The position numbers and the translations under genes were made by a program. A model generated the notes under the pieces. The model made no database searches and was not told where the DNA came from. It saw only the letters and a program-made list of their open reading frames with translations. Of a stretch of 64,000 nt of DNA, positions 1 through 10,745 are shown one piece after another (position 1 is the stretch's first letter; every line of letters begins with the position of its first letter). Source of the stretch: an uncultured Clostridium sp. (GTDB taxonomy: Bacteria; Bacillota; Clostridia; TANB77; CAG-508); assembly GCA_946639585.1 (NCBI GenBank), contig CAMPBS010000006.1, forward strand, positions 181 to 64,180. Direction: 5' to 3'.

Positions 1-3000
1 TTGCAGTGATGTTGTGATTTGATGCTGTTGTTACAGGTGTTTCAGCTGTAATGTAATATGGTTCGTATGGTGTTGATTCTGTGCCTTCTTCTATTTGAAT
101 ATCTGTGTTAACCCAAATAGTATTCATTTGTTTTTGAGTCATTTCATTATAATATCCTATATATAGTAAACCATCATTATTTGTTGTATATTTCTCAACA
201 GTCTTATTGGGTTCACTGTCATGCGCTATTGAAGTCCAATTATACCCTTTTTGAGTTTTCATTGAATTAATAATTAAAGTGCTATAACCTTTTCCATCAA
301 ATCCGTTATACCTTTTTACTGTAACTTTATAGTCAGTATTTGGTTTCAATTTAATTGCTTTCCAATTATAGTAAGTAGCTATTTCAGTATAATCATCTAG
401 TTTTGTATATTTACTCTTATCAAATTTATTCTTCCCATTCCATCCCTTAAATGTATAACCTGTTCTTGTTGGAGTTGGTAATGTGCCATAAGTACTATCA
501 TAAGTTACAGATTTTGTTGCTGTTGCTCCAGAACCCGTCCAACCTTCCGTTGTGTTAATTGAACCACTATTTGCATCTGCTGTAACTGTGTAAGTATTCG
601 CTGTATAGTTTGCTGTATATTTTCTATTTCCTATACTTCCTTGTTGGATTACTACTGTTGACATCGGTGAACTTGTTAATTTTGTACCGCTTCTTTGCTC
701 AGCTGTTGGATTAGCATGGAACATAATTCTTACATAACAATCTTTTTCAGCTGTATATGTATTTGAATTTGGTCCATTCTTATAATAACTTCCATCTGTA
801 TTATATAATCTCCATCTAATATTGCTTACTGCATAAAATCCATATCCACTTAGTGTATATTTTACACCTTGTTTCAACTTAATTGTATTTGTATAATATG
901 AATTTGGATATTGTGAACTTATTTCATGAACTCCTGTACTTAAATTCAAGAATCCTTTTGTCCATGTTAAGTCACTTACTTCTTCAGACCAACCCGCAAA
1001 TGTATATCCTATTTTTGTTGGATTATTTAATGTAATATCAGCAGTTTCAATATTATAAGTTGTTGTGTTTTCTGTTGCAACTGTTCCACCATTTAATTCA
1101 TAAGAAATTGTATATGGTGTTGGTACCCAATTTACATATAATGTAATTACTTGGTCACCTGTACTTAAGTCTTTGCCACATGCAGCTGCCATGTCTATTG
1201 CAGAATATGAACCACTAAACTGATCATATGCTGTTCCTGTTCCATCCGCTTTTGTATTCCATTCTAAACTTTGCTTTGCTGTATATCCTGTTTTTATAAC
1301 ATTAATACCATTTGGATTATTATAATCATTAAGTCCATATGTAGATAATGAATATGTATTAATATCTGTAACACCATTTACATTGCTTCCATAAAATCCT
1401 GAAATAACATTAGTAGTGTTATTAACTAGCAATAAATTATCAGAAACGCCTACAATGTTTCCATGTATTTCAGACAAACTACCACCATTCATATCATATT
1501 GTACATATAAATAGTTAGGTCTGTAATACAAGTTTATTACTCTGCTTCCGTCAGCCGCAATTGTTGTAGTTGCAACTGCTCCAGAAACTGGTTTCGTTGT
1601 ATCACCTGTTATAAATCCTTCTTCATAAGTATAACCTGCTATTGTCTTTTTCAAGTCAGCAAGAGTTACACTTGCATCTGAAGTTCCCTGTAAATTATCT
1701 GTTGAGTTTAAGGTATATGTTGCTGCACCTAAATTATGTGTATAATGATTTACTGTATATGCAGTATCTGTACGAGGTGTCCAATGTGCATAAATAGTAT
1801 GCGCGCTATCTGTTTGCATTATTGTTGCATCTGTTACCAATATTCCATTTGTTGCGTCTGTGTACCATCCAGCAAAGTCATAACCAACTCTTGTTGGTGT
1901 TGGTAATGTACCATATTGACTATCGAATGTTACGCTCTTTGTTGATGTTGCGCCTGTATCTGTCCAACCTTCTGTTGATGGTATTGTACCACCATTTGCA
2001 TCGGCTGTAACAGTGTATGGATTTGCTTCCCATATTGCTGTTAAAGTGTGATTGCTTGGTGTTGTTACTTTTGTGTCAGCTGCTATGCTGTCGCCTTCAC
2101 CATTAATTTTCCATCCTTTGAATGTGTAGCCTGTTCTTGATACATCACTTGCTGTTGGTAGTGTACCATAAGCACTATCAAATGTTACTGTTTTGTCTGC
2201 TGGCGTTGGTGTACCACCATTTGAGTCGAAGTGAACTGTGTATTGTTTTGGAGTCCAGTTTGCATGAATTGTGTGGTCTGCAGCACTACTTACAGTTGTG
2301 TTTGCATTTACTACTCTGTATGGTTCAAAGTTTGTAGCTGTTGAGGCCTCTTCCAATTGTGGGTTTTTATATTGTAATCCAGTAGCACTTGAACCACGAT
2401 TAATTAATCCAACTACACAGCTTGTAGTTCCTTCTGGAATAACAAATGAATATGATAGTCTATCACCTACATTACATCCCAATTCAGTATTTCTTGTATA
2501 TCTTCTTCCATTTACCATCATATCGCAACCCATCCATACAGTATTTACTCCTTCAGTCTTTGATACAATTTCAACACTAAATGTATATCTTTTTCCTATT
2601 TCTATTTTTTTCATTACATCATGACCATATAAAACATCATAATAAGTTTTTGAATTCACAGTATATATTCCAGTTTCCTCATTATATACAACCATATTTG
2701 TTCTTACTATTCCATTATATGCTTTTGAATATTCTTCACTTGAATCTATCAAGTTCTTTCCTGTCCAGTTTTGGAAGTCATATCCATCTCTTGTTGGCAT
2801 TGGCAATGTACCATATTGATTATCGTATGTTACACTCTTAGTTGCTGTTGTACCTGTTCCTGTCCAACCTTCTGTTGCTGGTATTGAACCGCTATTAGCA
2901 TCTGCTGTTACGGTGTAGTTGTTTGCTTCCCATATTGCTGTGATTGTGTGGTCATTAGGTGTTTTTACTATTGTGTCGGCTGCTATATTGTCGCCTTCAC

Positions 3001-6000
3001 CATTTATTTTCCATCCCTTAAAAGTATAGCCTGTTTTTGTTAGTGTAGGCAATGTGCCGTATGTGCTGTCGTAAGTTACAGATTTTGTTGCCGCTGCTCC
3101 AGAGCCCGTCCAACCTTCTGTTGCTGGTATTGAACCACCATTTGCATCTGCTGTTACTATGTAATTATTTGCTTCCCATATTGCTGTAATTGTGTGATTG
3201 CTTGGCGTTGTTACTAGTGTATCTGCTACTATGTTGTCTCCTTCACCATTTATTTTCCATCCCCTGAAAGCATAACCTGTTTTTGTTGGTGTAGGTAATG
3301 TGCCGTATGTACTGTCATAAGTTACAGATTTTGTTGCTGATGCCCCAGAACCTGTCCAGCCTTCTGTTGATGGTATTGAACCACCATTTGCATCTGCTGT
3401 AACGGTATAATTATTTGCTTCCCATACTGCATATAGGTTGGCTGTTCCATTGTTTTCAGTTGTTAAGTTACTAACTACTTGTTCGTCTGTGTAATCTGGG
3501 ATTATATATAAACGTACATTTTTAACTCTTGGTTTGTTGCCTGTTCCATATACCCCATAGAATGATAATATTGCATTTGATGTTGCTTGATTTGTTTTAA
3601 CGACTCTAAAATCAAACACATCATGTGTCCATTCTGTTGAAGATACAGTTATTGTTCTTATATTACTACTTATAACATTTCCATCTTCTGTATTGTTTTG
3701 AAATGAATATTTTGAATTACTTCCATTTGAGAAGTAAATTTTAATTTTATTATTATTTGTTGTATCATCTGATTTTATATCAAACTCAAATCTATATTTA
3801 GCATTTGTTCCATATTTATTAAAATATGATGCAAAACTTGCATATGACATAAATTCATTTGTTGAATTTTGATTTGCTGTATGTCCTGAATACATTTCAT
3901 AATCACTACTATATATTAGATTTTTTTCAAATTCATCATTTGCTTGTGACCATCCTGCAAATGTGTATCCTGTTTTTGTGAATGTATTTGTTGTTAAAGC
4001 TTGTGGTGTGTCATATGTGAAGTTCTGGTCTGACATTTCGCCAGTTCCACCATTTGCATCAAAGTGAACTGTGTAACTATTTGCTTCCCATATTGCTTTT
4101 AGTTCGTGGTCTTGGTCTTGCACTACTTTTGTATCGTCTGTAATCCAATATGGTTCGTATGTTGTGGCTGTTGGACCTTCTTCGAGTTGAACATAAAATT
4201 CAAAATTATCAAATACTTGACCGTTTGTATGATAATATATTGAAAAATATACTTCAGTATCTACATTTAATGTAAATGTTTTACTTGTTTCACCATTTTG
4301 TAATAAAATTTTCGCTACTTCACTTCCATCAGAATATCTATTTATTCCTACTGCACAATGTTCTGTAGGAGTATTGCCTGATACATTATTAATAGAATAT
4401 GTATATGTTCCTGCTTTTAGTATCTTTGTAACAGTATTTTCATTATATGATGAGTTTAGATAATTTGGATAATTAGCTCTATTATCAAAATTATATAAAT
4501 CATAAGTTCTTCCATTTGATTGCAATTCTTGTGATACACCATTTAAAGTATATTTTCCATCCTGTACTGTACATGCTACATTTAATTGATTCATTTGCTG
4601 ATTATTTGGTATGCTAAACAAATTCTTTCCATTCCATCCTTTGAATGTATACCCTGATCTTGTTGGTGTTGGAAGGCTTGCGATCTCTGCTGTTTCTGCT
4701 TTTTCTTTGTATTCTACATTTGTTAATACATCTCTTGAACTTTCTGCTACTGTTGCACCTTCGCCGTTTGGGTTGAAGGTTACATTTAATTGTTTTTCTA
4801 AGACTGTTTCGAATTTGTTTGTTTCTGTATTTTGTCTTGTGTATGGTTTGTATCCTTCTCTGAAGTTTACTGTTGTTCCTTCGCTTTCTTCTGTTGGTGC
4901 TACTGTAGCAAATGCTACTTCTCTTCCATAGAATGTTCTCTTTCCATCTGCTGCAGTTGCTTTTGATGAACTAATTATTTTTCCATCATAGAAGTTGAAT
5001 GTTGATGTTGAATTAGTTATATTTACACCATATCCATTTGTTCCTTGGATTACAGGTGATGTTCTGTCTATGGCTGTTGAGCTGTCGCCGATTGTAATAT
5101 TATCATTTGCATTTGTAGTTCTGACACCATTAATACCACCTGTTACAGTTCCTCCTTTAATTGTTACTATATTATTAGGACATGTCAAAGATATTCCATA
5201 TTGTCCTCCTGTGGTTGTCCCTCCTGTTATATTTATATTACCTCTATTAGTTTCATTTCCTCCTCCATAAATAGCTGCCGTACCTCCTGTAATTGTACCT
5301 CCAGAAATATTTATTGTTGGTCTATGACTCGCTCCACCAAACGCTATTCCATAAGTTCCTCCATTAATAATTGGATTTCCACTTATATTTACTGTACAAT
5401 AGTTTATGCCAAGGCATGTTGGAGATGAAAAATTTCCTCCCGTTATATTCATTGTCCTATATGCTGAAAGACAATATCTAACATTTGCTAAAACATTTCC
5501 TCCATTTACAGTGATATTAATTCCATAAATTGCTTGCCATCCACTATTTCCTGTAGATTTTATTGTACCATCATTAACAGTAACATTTGCTCCGTTTATT
5601 ACTGTTGTATTAGCTTCCATTGTCGCGCCATTTACTATTACATTTCCACTATTTGTTACCAAATCTCCTGTTGTTCTTTCCAATTTACCTTTTGTTTCTG
5701 CTGTGTCTACAAATGTTGCTGTTTTACCGTTTGCTACTGTTATTTTTTCTGCCATTATCAATGTCTTTCCATTTGTGTCTAATGTTACGTTTTGTCTTAT
5801 CGTTGCTGCTACTTCGTCTGTAAATGTTCTTAGCACTTGTATTACTGTTGCCCCTTCTATTCCTGCAGCTTCTTCCAATGTTGCTGCATATCTTGTTCCA
5901 TTTGTTGTTGTTACTTTATAGTTTGCTTGTTTTACATGGTATGGTTCTGAGGTTGTTATGTCGCTTATGTTTCCTGCATTGTCTATTGCTCTTACATGTA

Positions 6001-6793
6001 TATAATATTCACCATTTTCTTGTGTATTGCTTATTGTTGGTTTTGAATTTTCGTTATATGTTTGCCATTCTGCATCCGCTGCTGGTGTTTCACTTGAATT
6101 ATTTATAATATATTGTATTTCTTTTACTCCACTTACGTTATCGCTTGCTGTTAATGTTATTACATTGCTTGCATCTTGTGCTTGTATTGTTTCTTCTTCT
6201 GTTCCTTTCCATACAGTTCCACCATTTGGTGTAATTGACGCTGTTGGTGCTGTTAAGTCTATGTATACATAGATTACTGTATCCGGAACATTATCTACTT
6301 TTGCTGTTATTTGGAATTGTCCTTCTCTTTCTGGTGTATTTTCTTTACCAAATGCAATATCTTCTAAGGCTTTTTCACTATTTACTCTAATACCTGTTCC
6401 AGTATGGTCTACAATTTCTACGCTTGCCACACCTGCTGGCCAGTTTGCGTCTATTGTAAGAGGCAATCTGTCAGCATTAGAGCCATTTATCCATTCACCA
6501 CTATTATAGATTTCCTTGTAGCTATCAATTACTTTTATCACAAACTTTCCTAATTGACGTTGTTTAGCTTCTTGATACATTGTATCGAGGTATGTGTCGT
6601 TTGTATTTGAACGATATTCACTTTTAATCTTCTCCACATCTCTTTTTTGCGATGTTTCCGCATTCATGTTGATGATAAAAATCATCATTCCTATGATTAA
6701 AAAAAATAGCATCGCAATAAGAACGAATAAAGTAACACTACCTTTTTCGCCTTTGTGCTTTTGATTTAATTTAATTCTACTTGGCAAATTCAT
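1..6793 (-). CDS. Giant surface protein (>2260 aa, 3' end beyond window): pilin-like N-terminal TM, beta-helix-like region, tandem InlB B-repeat (Listeria-Bacteroides repeat) domains
   Basis: ATG at 6793 with AAGGAG RBS. N-terminus reads MNLPSRIKLNQKHKGEKGSVTLFVLIAMLFFLII. The frame at 6793 matches the frame at 4636, 3952 and 4. It is absent from the ORF track, consistent with no stop inside the window. Repeated motif YTVTADANGG...VTYDSTYGTLPTPT(R/K)TGYTFKGW...HTITAIWEAN. Confidence 0.88.
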   Translation of the reverse strand, partial: MNLPSRIKLNQKHKGEKGSVTLFVLIAMLFFLIIGMMIFIINMNAETSQKRDVEKIKSEYRSNTNDTYLDTMYQEAKQRQLGKFVIKVIDSYKEIYNSGEWINGSNADRLPLTIDANWPAGVASVEIVDHTGTGIRVNSEKALEDIAFGKENTPEREGQFQITAKVDNVPDTVIYVYIDLTAPTASITPNGGTVWKGTEEETIQAQDASNVITLTASDNVSGVKEIQYIINNSSETPAADAEWQTYNENSKPTISNTQENGEYYIHVRAIDNAGNISDITTSEPYHVKQANYKVTTTNGTRYAATLEEAAGIEGATVIQVLRTFTDEVAATIRQNVTLDTNGKTLIMAEKITVANGKTATFVDTAETKGKLERTTGDLVTNSGNVIVNGATMEANTTVINGANVTVNDGTIKSTGNSGWQAIYGINITVNGGNVLANVRYCLSAYRTMNITGGNFSSPTCLGINYCTVNISGNPIINGGTYGIAFGGASHRPTINISGGTITGGTAAIYGGGNETNRGNINITGGTTTGGQYGISLTCPNNIVTIKGGTVTGGINGVRTTNANDNITIGDSSTAIDRTSPVIQGTNGYGVNITNSTSTFNFYDGKIISSSKATAADGKRTFYGREVAFATVAPTEESEGTTVNFREGYKPYTRQNTETNKFETVLEKQLNVTFNPNGEGATVAESSRDVLTNVEYKEKAETAEIASLPTPTRSGYTFKGWNGKNLFSIPNNQQMNQLNVACTVQDGKYTLNGVSQELQSNGRTYDLYNFDNRANYPNYLNSSYNENTVTKILKAGTYTYSINNVSGNTPTEHCAVGINRYSDGSEVAKILLQNGETSKTFTLNVDTEVYFSIYYHTNGQVFDNFEFYVQLEEGPTATTYEPYWITDDTKVVQDQDHELKAIWEANSYTVHFDANGGTGEMSDQNFTYDTPQALTTNTFTKTGYTFAGWSQANDEFEKNLIYSSDYEMYSGHTANQNSTNEFMSYASFASYFNKYGTNAKYRFEFDIKSDDTTNNNKIKIYFSNGSNSKYSFQNNTEDGNVISSNIRTITVSSTEWTHDVFDFRVVKTNQATSNAILSFYGVYGTGNKPRVKNVRLYIIPDYTDEQVVSNLTTENNGTANLYAVWEANNYTVTADANGGSIPSTEGWTGSGASATKSVTYDSTYGTLPTPTKTGYAFRGWKINGEGDNIVADTLVTTPSNHTITAIWEANNYIVTADANGGSIPATEGWTGSGAAATKSVTYDSTYGTLPTLTKTGYTFKGWKINGEGDNIAADTIVKTPNDHTITAIWEANNYTVTADANSGSIPATEGWTGTGTTATKSVTYDNQYGTLPMPTRDGYDFQNWTGKNLIDSSEEYSKAYNGIVRTNMVVYNEETGIYTVNSKTYYDVLYGHDVMKKIEIGKRYTFSVEIVSKTEGVNTVWMGCDMMVNGRRYTRNTELGCNVGDRLSYSFVIPEGTTSCVVGLINRGSSATGLQYKNPQLEEASTATNFEPYRVVNANTTVSSAADHTIHANWTPKQYTVHFDSNGGTPTPADKTVTFDSAYGTLPTASDVSRTGYTFKGWKINGEGDSIAADTKVTTPSNHTLTAIWEANPYTVTADANGGTIPSTEGWTDTGATSTKSVTFDSQYGTLPTPTRVGYDFAGWYTDATNGILVTDATIMQTDSAHTIYAHWTPRTDTAYTVNHYTHNLGAATYTLNSTDNLQGTSDASVTLADLKKTIAGYTYEEGFITGDTTKPVSGAVATTTIAADGSRVINLYYRPNYLYVQYDMNGGSLSEIHGNIVGVSDNLLLVNNTTNVISGFYGSNVNGVTDINTYSLSTYGLNDYNNPNGINVIKTGYTAKQSLEWNTKADGTGTAYDQFSGSYSAIDMAAACGKDLSTGDQVITLYVNWVPTPYTISYELNGGTVATENTTTYNIETADITLNNPTKIGYTFAGWSEEVSDLTWTKGFLNLSTGVHEISSQYPNSYYTNTIKLKQGVKYTLSGYGFYAVSNIRWRLYNTDGSYYKNGPNSNTYTAEKDCYVRIMFHANPTAEQRSGTKLTSSPMSTVVIQQGSIGNRKYTANYTANTYTVTADANSGSINTTEGWTGSGATATKSVTYDSTYGTLPTPTRTGYTFKGWNGKNKFDKSKYTKLDDYTEIATYYNWKAIKLKPNTDYKVTVKRYNGFDGKGYSTLIINSMKTQKGYNWTSIAHDSEPNKTVEKYTTNNDGLLYIGYYNEMTQKQMNTIWVNTDIQIEEGTESTPYEPYYITAETPVTTASNHNITA
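2925..3417 (-). repeat. Near-identical 246-bp (82-aa) tandem InlB B-repeat units
   Basis: gcttcccata anchors at 2925, 3171 and 3417 (246-bp spacing). Related copies occur near 2025 and 4083. Confidence 0.85.
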
Positions 6794-7005
6794 AACTGGC
6801 TTCTCCTTTGTACAAAGTATAATTCTAGAATTATTTTACTTTCTTATATATATTATTTCAATACCGGTTTTTGCCAGTTTTTTTGAGTACCTTGTATATC
6901 ACTAGGGATGCTGTTTTTTGTCGTTTTTTTCAATATAATTATTTTTATTTTACATTTGTGTAACAGTTCTTTGGTAATAACCTCAAAGACCAGATTTTAG
7001 GTAAC

Positions 7006-7042
7006 AAAAAAGCCACGCAAGTCAACCTTGCGTAGCTTTTTT
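7006..7042 (-). terminator. Intrinsic terminator after rpoC
   Basis: aaaaaagccacgcaag-tcaac-cttgcgtagctttttt hairpin flanked by A/T tracts, immediately after the rpoC stop. Confidence 0.85.
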
Positions 7043-7047
7043 AGTAT

Positions 7048-10000
7048 TTATTCTTCAACTGTTTCTGCAGTTTCTGTTTCTTCTGCTTGTTCTACTGGTT
7101 CAGTTGTTTCAACTGTCTCAGCACTTTCTTCTTGTTCTTGTTCTAATTCTGTGTCTATTTTTGTTGCTTGGTATACTTGCATTCCTGTTCCTGCTGGGAT
7201 TAATTTACCAATGATAACATTTTCTTTTAATCCTAGTAAGTCGTCTTCTTTTCCTTTTATTGCTGCATCTGTTAAAACTCTTGTTGTTTCTTGGAATGAT
7301 GCTGCTGATAGGAAGCTGTCTGTTGCAAGTGATGCTTTTGTTATTCCTAGTAGTACACGTTTTCCTTCTGCTTTTCTTACACCTAATTCTTCTGCTTTTT
7401 TGTTTTCTTCTTCGAAATCGTACATGTCTACTAATGAACCAGCTGGTAAGTTTGTATCTCCGTTATCTCCAACTTTTACTTTCTTAAGCATTTGTCTACC
7501 AATTACTTCGATGTGCTTATCGTTTATATCAACACCTTGGTTTCTATAAACTTTTTGTACTTCTGAGATTAGGTATTCGTAAACTCCTTCGGCTCCTTTG
7601 ATTTCAAGGATGTCGTTTGGATTTATTGATCCTTCGATTAATGGATCTCCCGCTTCTACCATATCTCCATTTTTAACTTTCATTTTTGAACCGAATGGTA
7701 TTGTATAAGTTCTAGAATCGTCATTTGAAGTTACAACAACTTCTTTTTTCTTCTTAGTTTCTTTAATTTTAACTTTACCATCTATTTCAGAAATTATTGC
7801 TAATCCCTTTGGTTTTCTAGCTTCGAATAATTCTTCAACTCTAGGAAGACCTTGTGTGATATCTGCTACACCTGCAACACCACCAGAGTGGATAGTTCTC
7901 ATTGTAAGCTGTGTACCTGGCTCTCCAATTGATTGAGCTGCAATTATTCCGACTGCTTCTCCTATTGAAACTAGGCTTCTTCTAGCTAAGCCCATACCAT
8001 AGCATTTTTGGCAAACACCATGTTTTGTTCTACATCCTAATGCTGAACGAACTTTTAATTTTTCAATTCCAGATTCAATTATTTTATCTGCAATTTCATC
8101 ATTAATCATTGTGTTATTATCCACAATTAATTCACCAGTTGTTGGATTAATTACATCTTCAACTGCGAATCTTCCGATTAATCTTTCATGCATTTTTTCA
8201 ATTACTTGATTTCCATCTTTTATATCGTAGATTACAATTCCATCATCTGTTCCACAGTCATATTCTCTTACAATTATGTCTTGTGAAACGTCTACAAGTC
8301 TTCTTGTTAAGTATCCTGAATCGGCTGTTCTTAAGGCTGTATCTGAAAGTCCTTTTCTAGCACCGTGTGTAGAAATGAAGTATTCTAGAGCATCTAGACC
8401 TTCAGCAAATGATGATTTGATTGGTATTTCTACTGCTTTACCTGTTGTACTAGCCATAAGTCCACGCATACCTGCGATTTGACGTAATTGGTTCATGTTA
8501 CCACGGGCACCTGATTTAACCATCATATAAACTGGGTTTAAGTCTTCGAAGTTATCTTCCATGGCTTTAGAAACTTCTTTTGTTGTTTGTTCCCAAACAT
8601 TGATTGTTGCAATATATCTTTCATTGTCTGTAATAAGACCTCTTGCATATTGCTTACGGATTGTTTCGATTTTCTTATCTGCTTCTGCTAATAATTCTTT
8701 CTTTTTAGCTGGCACTTTTACGTCGTCCATTGAGTATGTAATACCTGCAACTGTAGAATATTTATAACCTAAAGCTTTGATGTAATCGATTACTTCTGCT
8801 GATTCTGTTAATCCATGTGTTCTAATTACTCTTTCAATAATGTCTCCCATTGATTTTTTCATAACTGGGAAGTTGATTTCGTATTGGAATGGATCTTCTT
8901 CTCTATTGATGTACCCTAAGTCTTGTGGAATTCCTTGGTTGAAAATGATTCTTCCTACACTTGTTTCAATTTTTCCGTGTTTTATTTCACCATTTATTTC
9001 TTTTTCTATTCTTACAAAGATTTTAGCATGTGTTGATACTTCATGGTTTTCGTGTGCCATTATTGCTTCGTCTGGATCTTTGAAGTACATTCCTTCACCT
9101 TTTTCACCATCTAGTACCATTGTTAAATAATAACTTCCTAAAATCATGTCAAGTCTTGGTGTTGCAACTGGTTTACCATCTTGTGGTTTTAGTAAGTTGT
9201 TTGTTGCAAGCATTAAGTATCTTGCTTCCGCTTGTGCTTCTGGAGATAGTGGTAAATGAACCGCCATTTGGTCTCCGTCGAAGTCGGCATTGAAGGCTTC
9301 ACAAACTAATGGGTGAAGTTTTATTGCTCTACCTTCTACTAATACTGGTTCAAAAGCTTGAATACCTAGTCTATGTAGTGTTGGAGCACGGTTTAACATT
9401 ACTGGGTGGTCTTTTATAACTTCCTCTAATATTCCCCATACTTCTGGTCTTAGTCTTTCTACCATTCTTTTTGCGTTTTTAATGTTTTGTGCAATTCCTC
9501 TTCCTACTAATTCTCTCATTACAAATGGTTTAAATAATTCAACTGCCATTTCTTTTGGAAGTCCGCATTGATATAATTTTAGTTCTGGTCCAACTACGAT
9601 AACAGAACGTCCAGAGTAGTCAACACGTTTTCCTAGTAAGTTTTGACGGAATCTACCTTGTTTTCCTTTTAACATGTCTGATAATGATTTTAAAGGTCTG
9701 TTTCCAGCTCCTGTTACTGGTTTTCCTCTTCTTCCATTATCTATTAGGGCATCTACAGATTCTTGTAACATTCTTTTTTCGTTTCTTACAATTATTTCTG
9801 GTGCTCCTAGTTCTAGTAATCTTTTTAATCTGTTATTTCTGTTTATAACTCTTCTGTATAAATCATTTAGGTCTGATGTTGCAAATCTACCACCATCTAA
9901 TTGTACCATTGGTCTTAAATCTGGTGGGATTACTGGAATAACATTCATTACCATCCATTCTGGTCTGTTTCCAGATGCTCTAAATGCTTCTACAGTGTCT

Positions 10001-10632
10001 AATCTTTTTACTAGTTTTAATCTTTTTTGTTCTGATGATTTTTCTATTTCTTTTCTTAATTCTTGATATAGTTTTTCTATATCAATTTTTTCTAGCATTT
10101 CTCTTAAAGCTTCTGCACCCATTCTTGCTTTAAATGAACCTCTACCATATTTTTCAACTGCTTCATGATATTCTTTTTCTGTTAAGATTTGGCAATTTTC
10201 TAATCCTGATGTTCCTTTGTCTGTAACTATATAAGATGCAAAGTAAATTACTTTTTCCAAATCTCTTGGTGAGATGTCAAGCATAAGTGCTATTCTGCTT
10301 GGTATTCCTTTAAAATACCAGATGTGAGCTACTGGAGCAGCTAATTCGATGTGCCCCATTCTTTCTCTTCTTACTTTTGATTTTGTAACTTCTACACCAC
10401 ATCTATCGCAAACTATTCCTTTATATCTTACTCTTTTATATTTACCACAATGGCATTCCCAGTCTTTTGTTGGTCCAAATATTTTTTCACAAAATAGACC
10501 ATCTTTTTCTGGTTTAAGAGTTCTATAATTGATTGTCTCTGGCTTTTTAACTTCACCTTTTGACCATTCTCTTATTTGCTCATCTGATGCAATTCCTATT
10601 TTTAATTTATCAAATAATTCGTTTTCGTCCAA
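7048..10632 (-). CDS. rpoC: DNA-directed RNA polymerase subunit beta'
   Basis: NADFDGDQM catalytic motif, N-terminal zinc finger (CHCGK...CDRCG), [15 protein letters not shown]; TTG start. Confidence 0.99.
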   Translation of the reverse strand: MDENELFDKLKIGIASDEQIREWSKGEVKKPETINYRTLKPEKDGLFCEKIFGPTKDWECHCGKYKRVRYKGIVCDRCGVEVTKSKVRRERMGHIELAAPVAHIWYFKGIPSRIALMLDISPRDLEKVIYFASYIVTDKGTSGLENCQILTEKEYHEAVEKYGRGSFKARMGAEALREMLEKIDIEKLYQELRKEIEKSSEQKRLKLVKRLDTVEAFRASGNRPEWMVMNVIPVIPPDLRPMVQLDGGRFATSDLNDLYRRVINRNNRLKRLLELGAPEIIVRNEKRMLQESVDALIDNGRRGKPVTGAGNRPLKSLSDMLKGKQGRFRQNLLGKRVDYSGRSVIVVGPELKLYQCGLPKEMAVELFKPFVMRELVGRGIAQNIKNAKRMVERLRPEVWGILEEVIKDHPVMLNRAPTLHRLGIQAFEPVLVEGRAIKLHPLVCEAFNADFDGDQMAVHLPLSPEAQAEARYLMLATNNLLKPQDGKPVATPRLDMILGSYYLTMVLDGEKGEGMYFKDPDEAIMAHENHEVSTHAKIFVRIEKEINGEIKHGKIETSVGRIIFNQGIPQDLGYINREEDPFQYEINFPVMKKSMGDIIERVIRTHGLTESAEVIDYIKALGYKYSTVAGITYSMDDVKVPAKKKELLAEADKKIETIRKQYARGLITDNERYIATINVWEQTTKEVSKAMEDNFEDLNPVYMMVKSGARGNMNQLRQIAGMRGLMASTTGKAVEIPIKSSFAEGLDALEYFISTHGARKGLSDTALRTADSGYLTRRLVDVSQDIIVREYDCGTDDGIVIYDIKDGNQVIEKMHERLIGRFAVEDVINPTTGELIVDNNTMINDEIADKIIESGIEKLKVRSALGCRTKHGVCQKCYGMGLARRSLVSIGEAVGIIAAQSIGEPGTQLTMRTIHSGGVAGVADITQGLPRVEELFEARKPKGLAIISEIDGKVKIKETKKKKEVVVTSNDDSRTYTIPFGSKMKVKNGDMVEAGDPLIEGSINPNDILEIKGAEGVYEYLISEVQKVYRNQGVDINDKHIEVIGRQMLKKVKVGDNGDTNLPAGSLVDMYDFEEENKKAEELGVRKAEGKRVLLGITKASLATDSFLSAASFQETTRVLTDAAIKGKEDDLLGLKENVIIGKLIPAGTGMQVYQATKIDTELEQEQEESAETVETTEPVEQAEETETAETVEE

Positions 10633-10745
10633 TTTTCTTCCCCCTATAATATTTTTTTGGGTTATTCCATTTTCATAAATGATTTAGCCCCCGCTCCTGC
10701 AAACTTTTCCGTCAATCATTTATAAAAATGGAATATATTTAATTA

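Noticed and set aside
2000-3420. Tandem repeats considered as a CRISPR array or DGR template/variable repeats
   Set aside because: The units are 246-bp in-frame protein repeats. Differences are not adenine-specific, and there is no cas or reverse transcriptase gene in the window.
1822-6272. Many short + strand ORFs in the first 6.3 kb
   Set aside because: They are shadows of the giant - strand gene starting at 6793.
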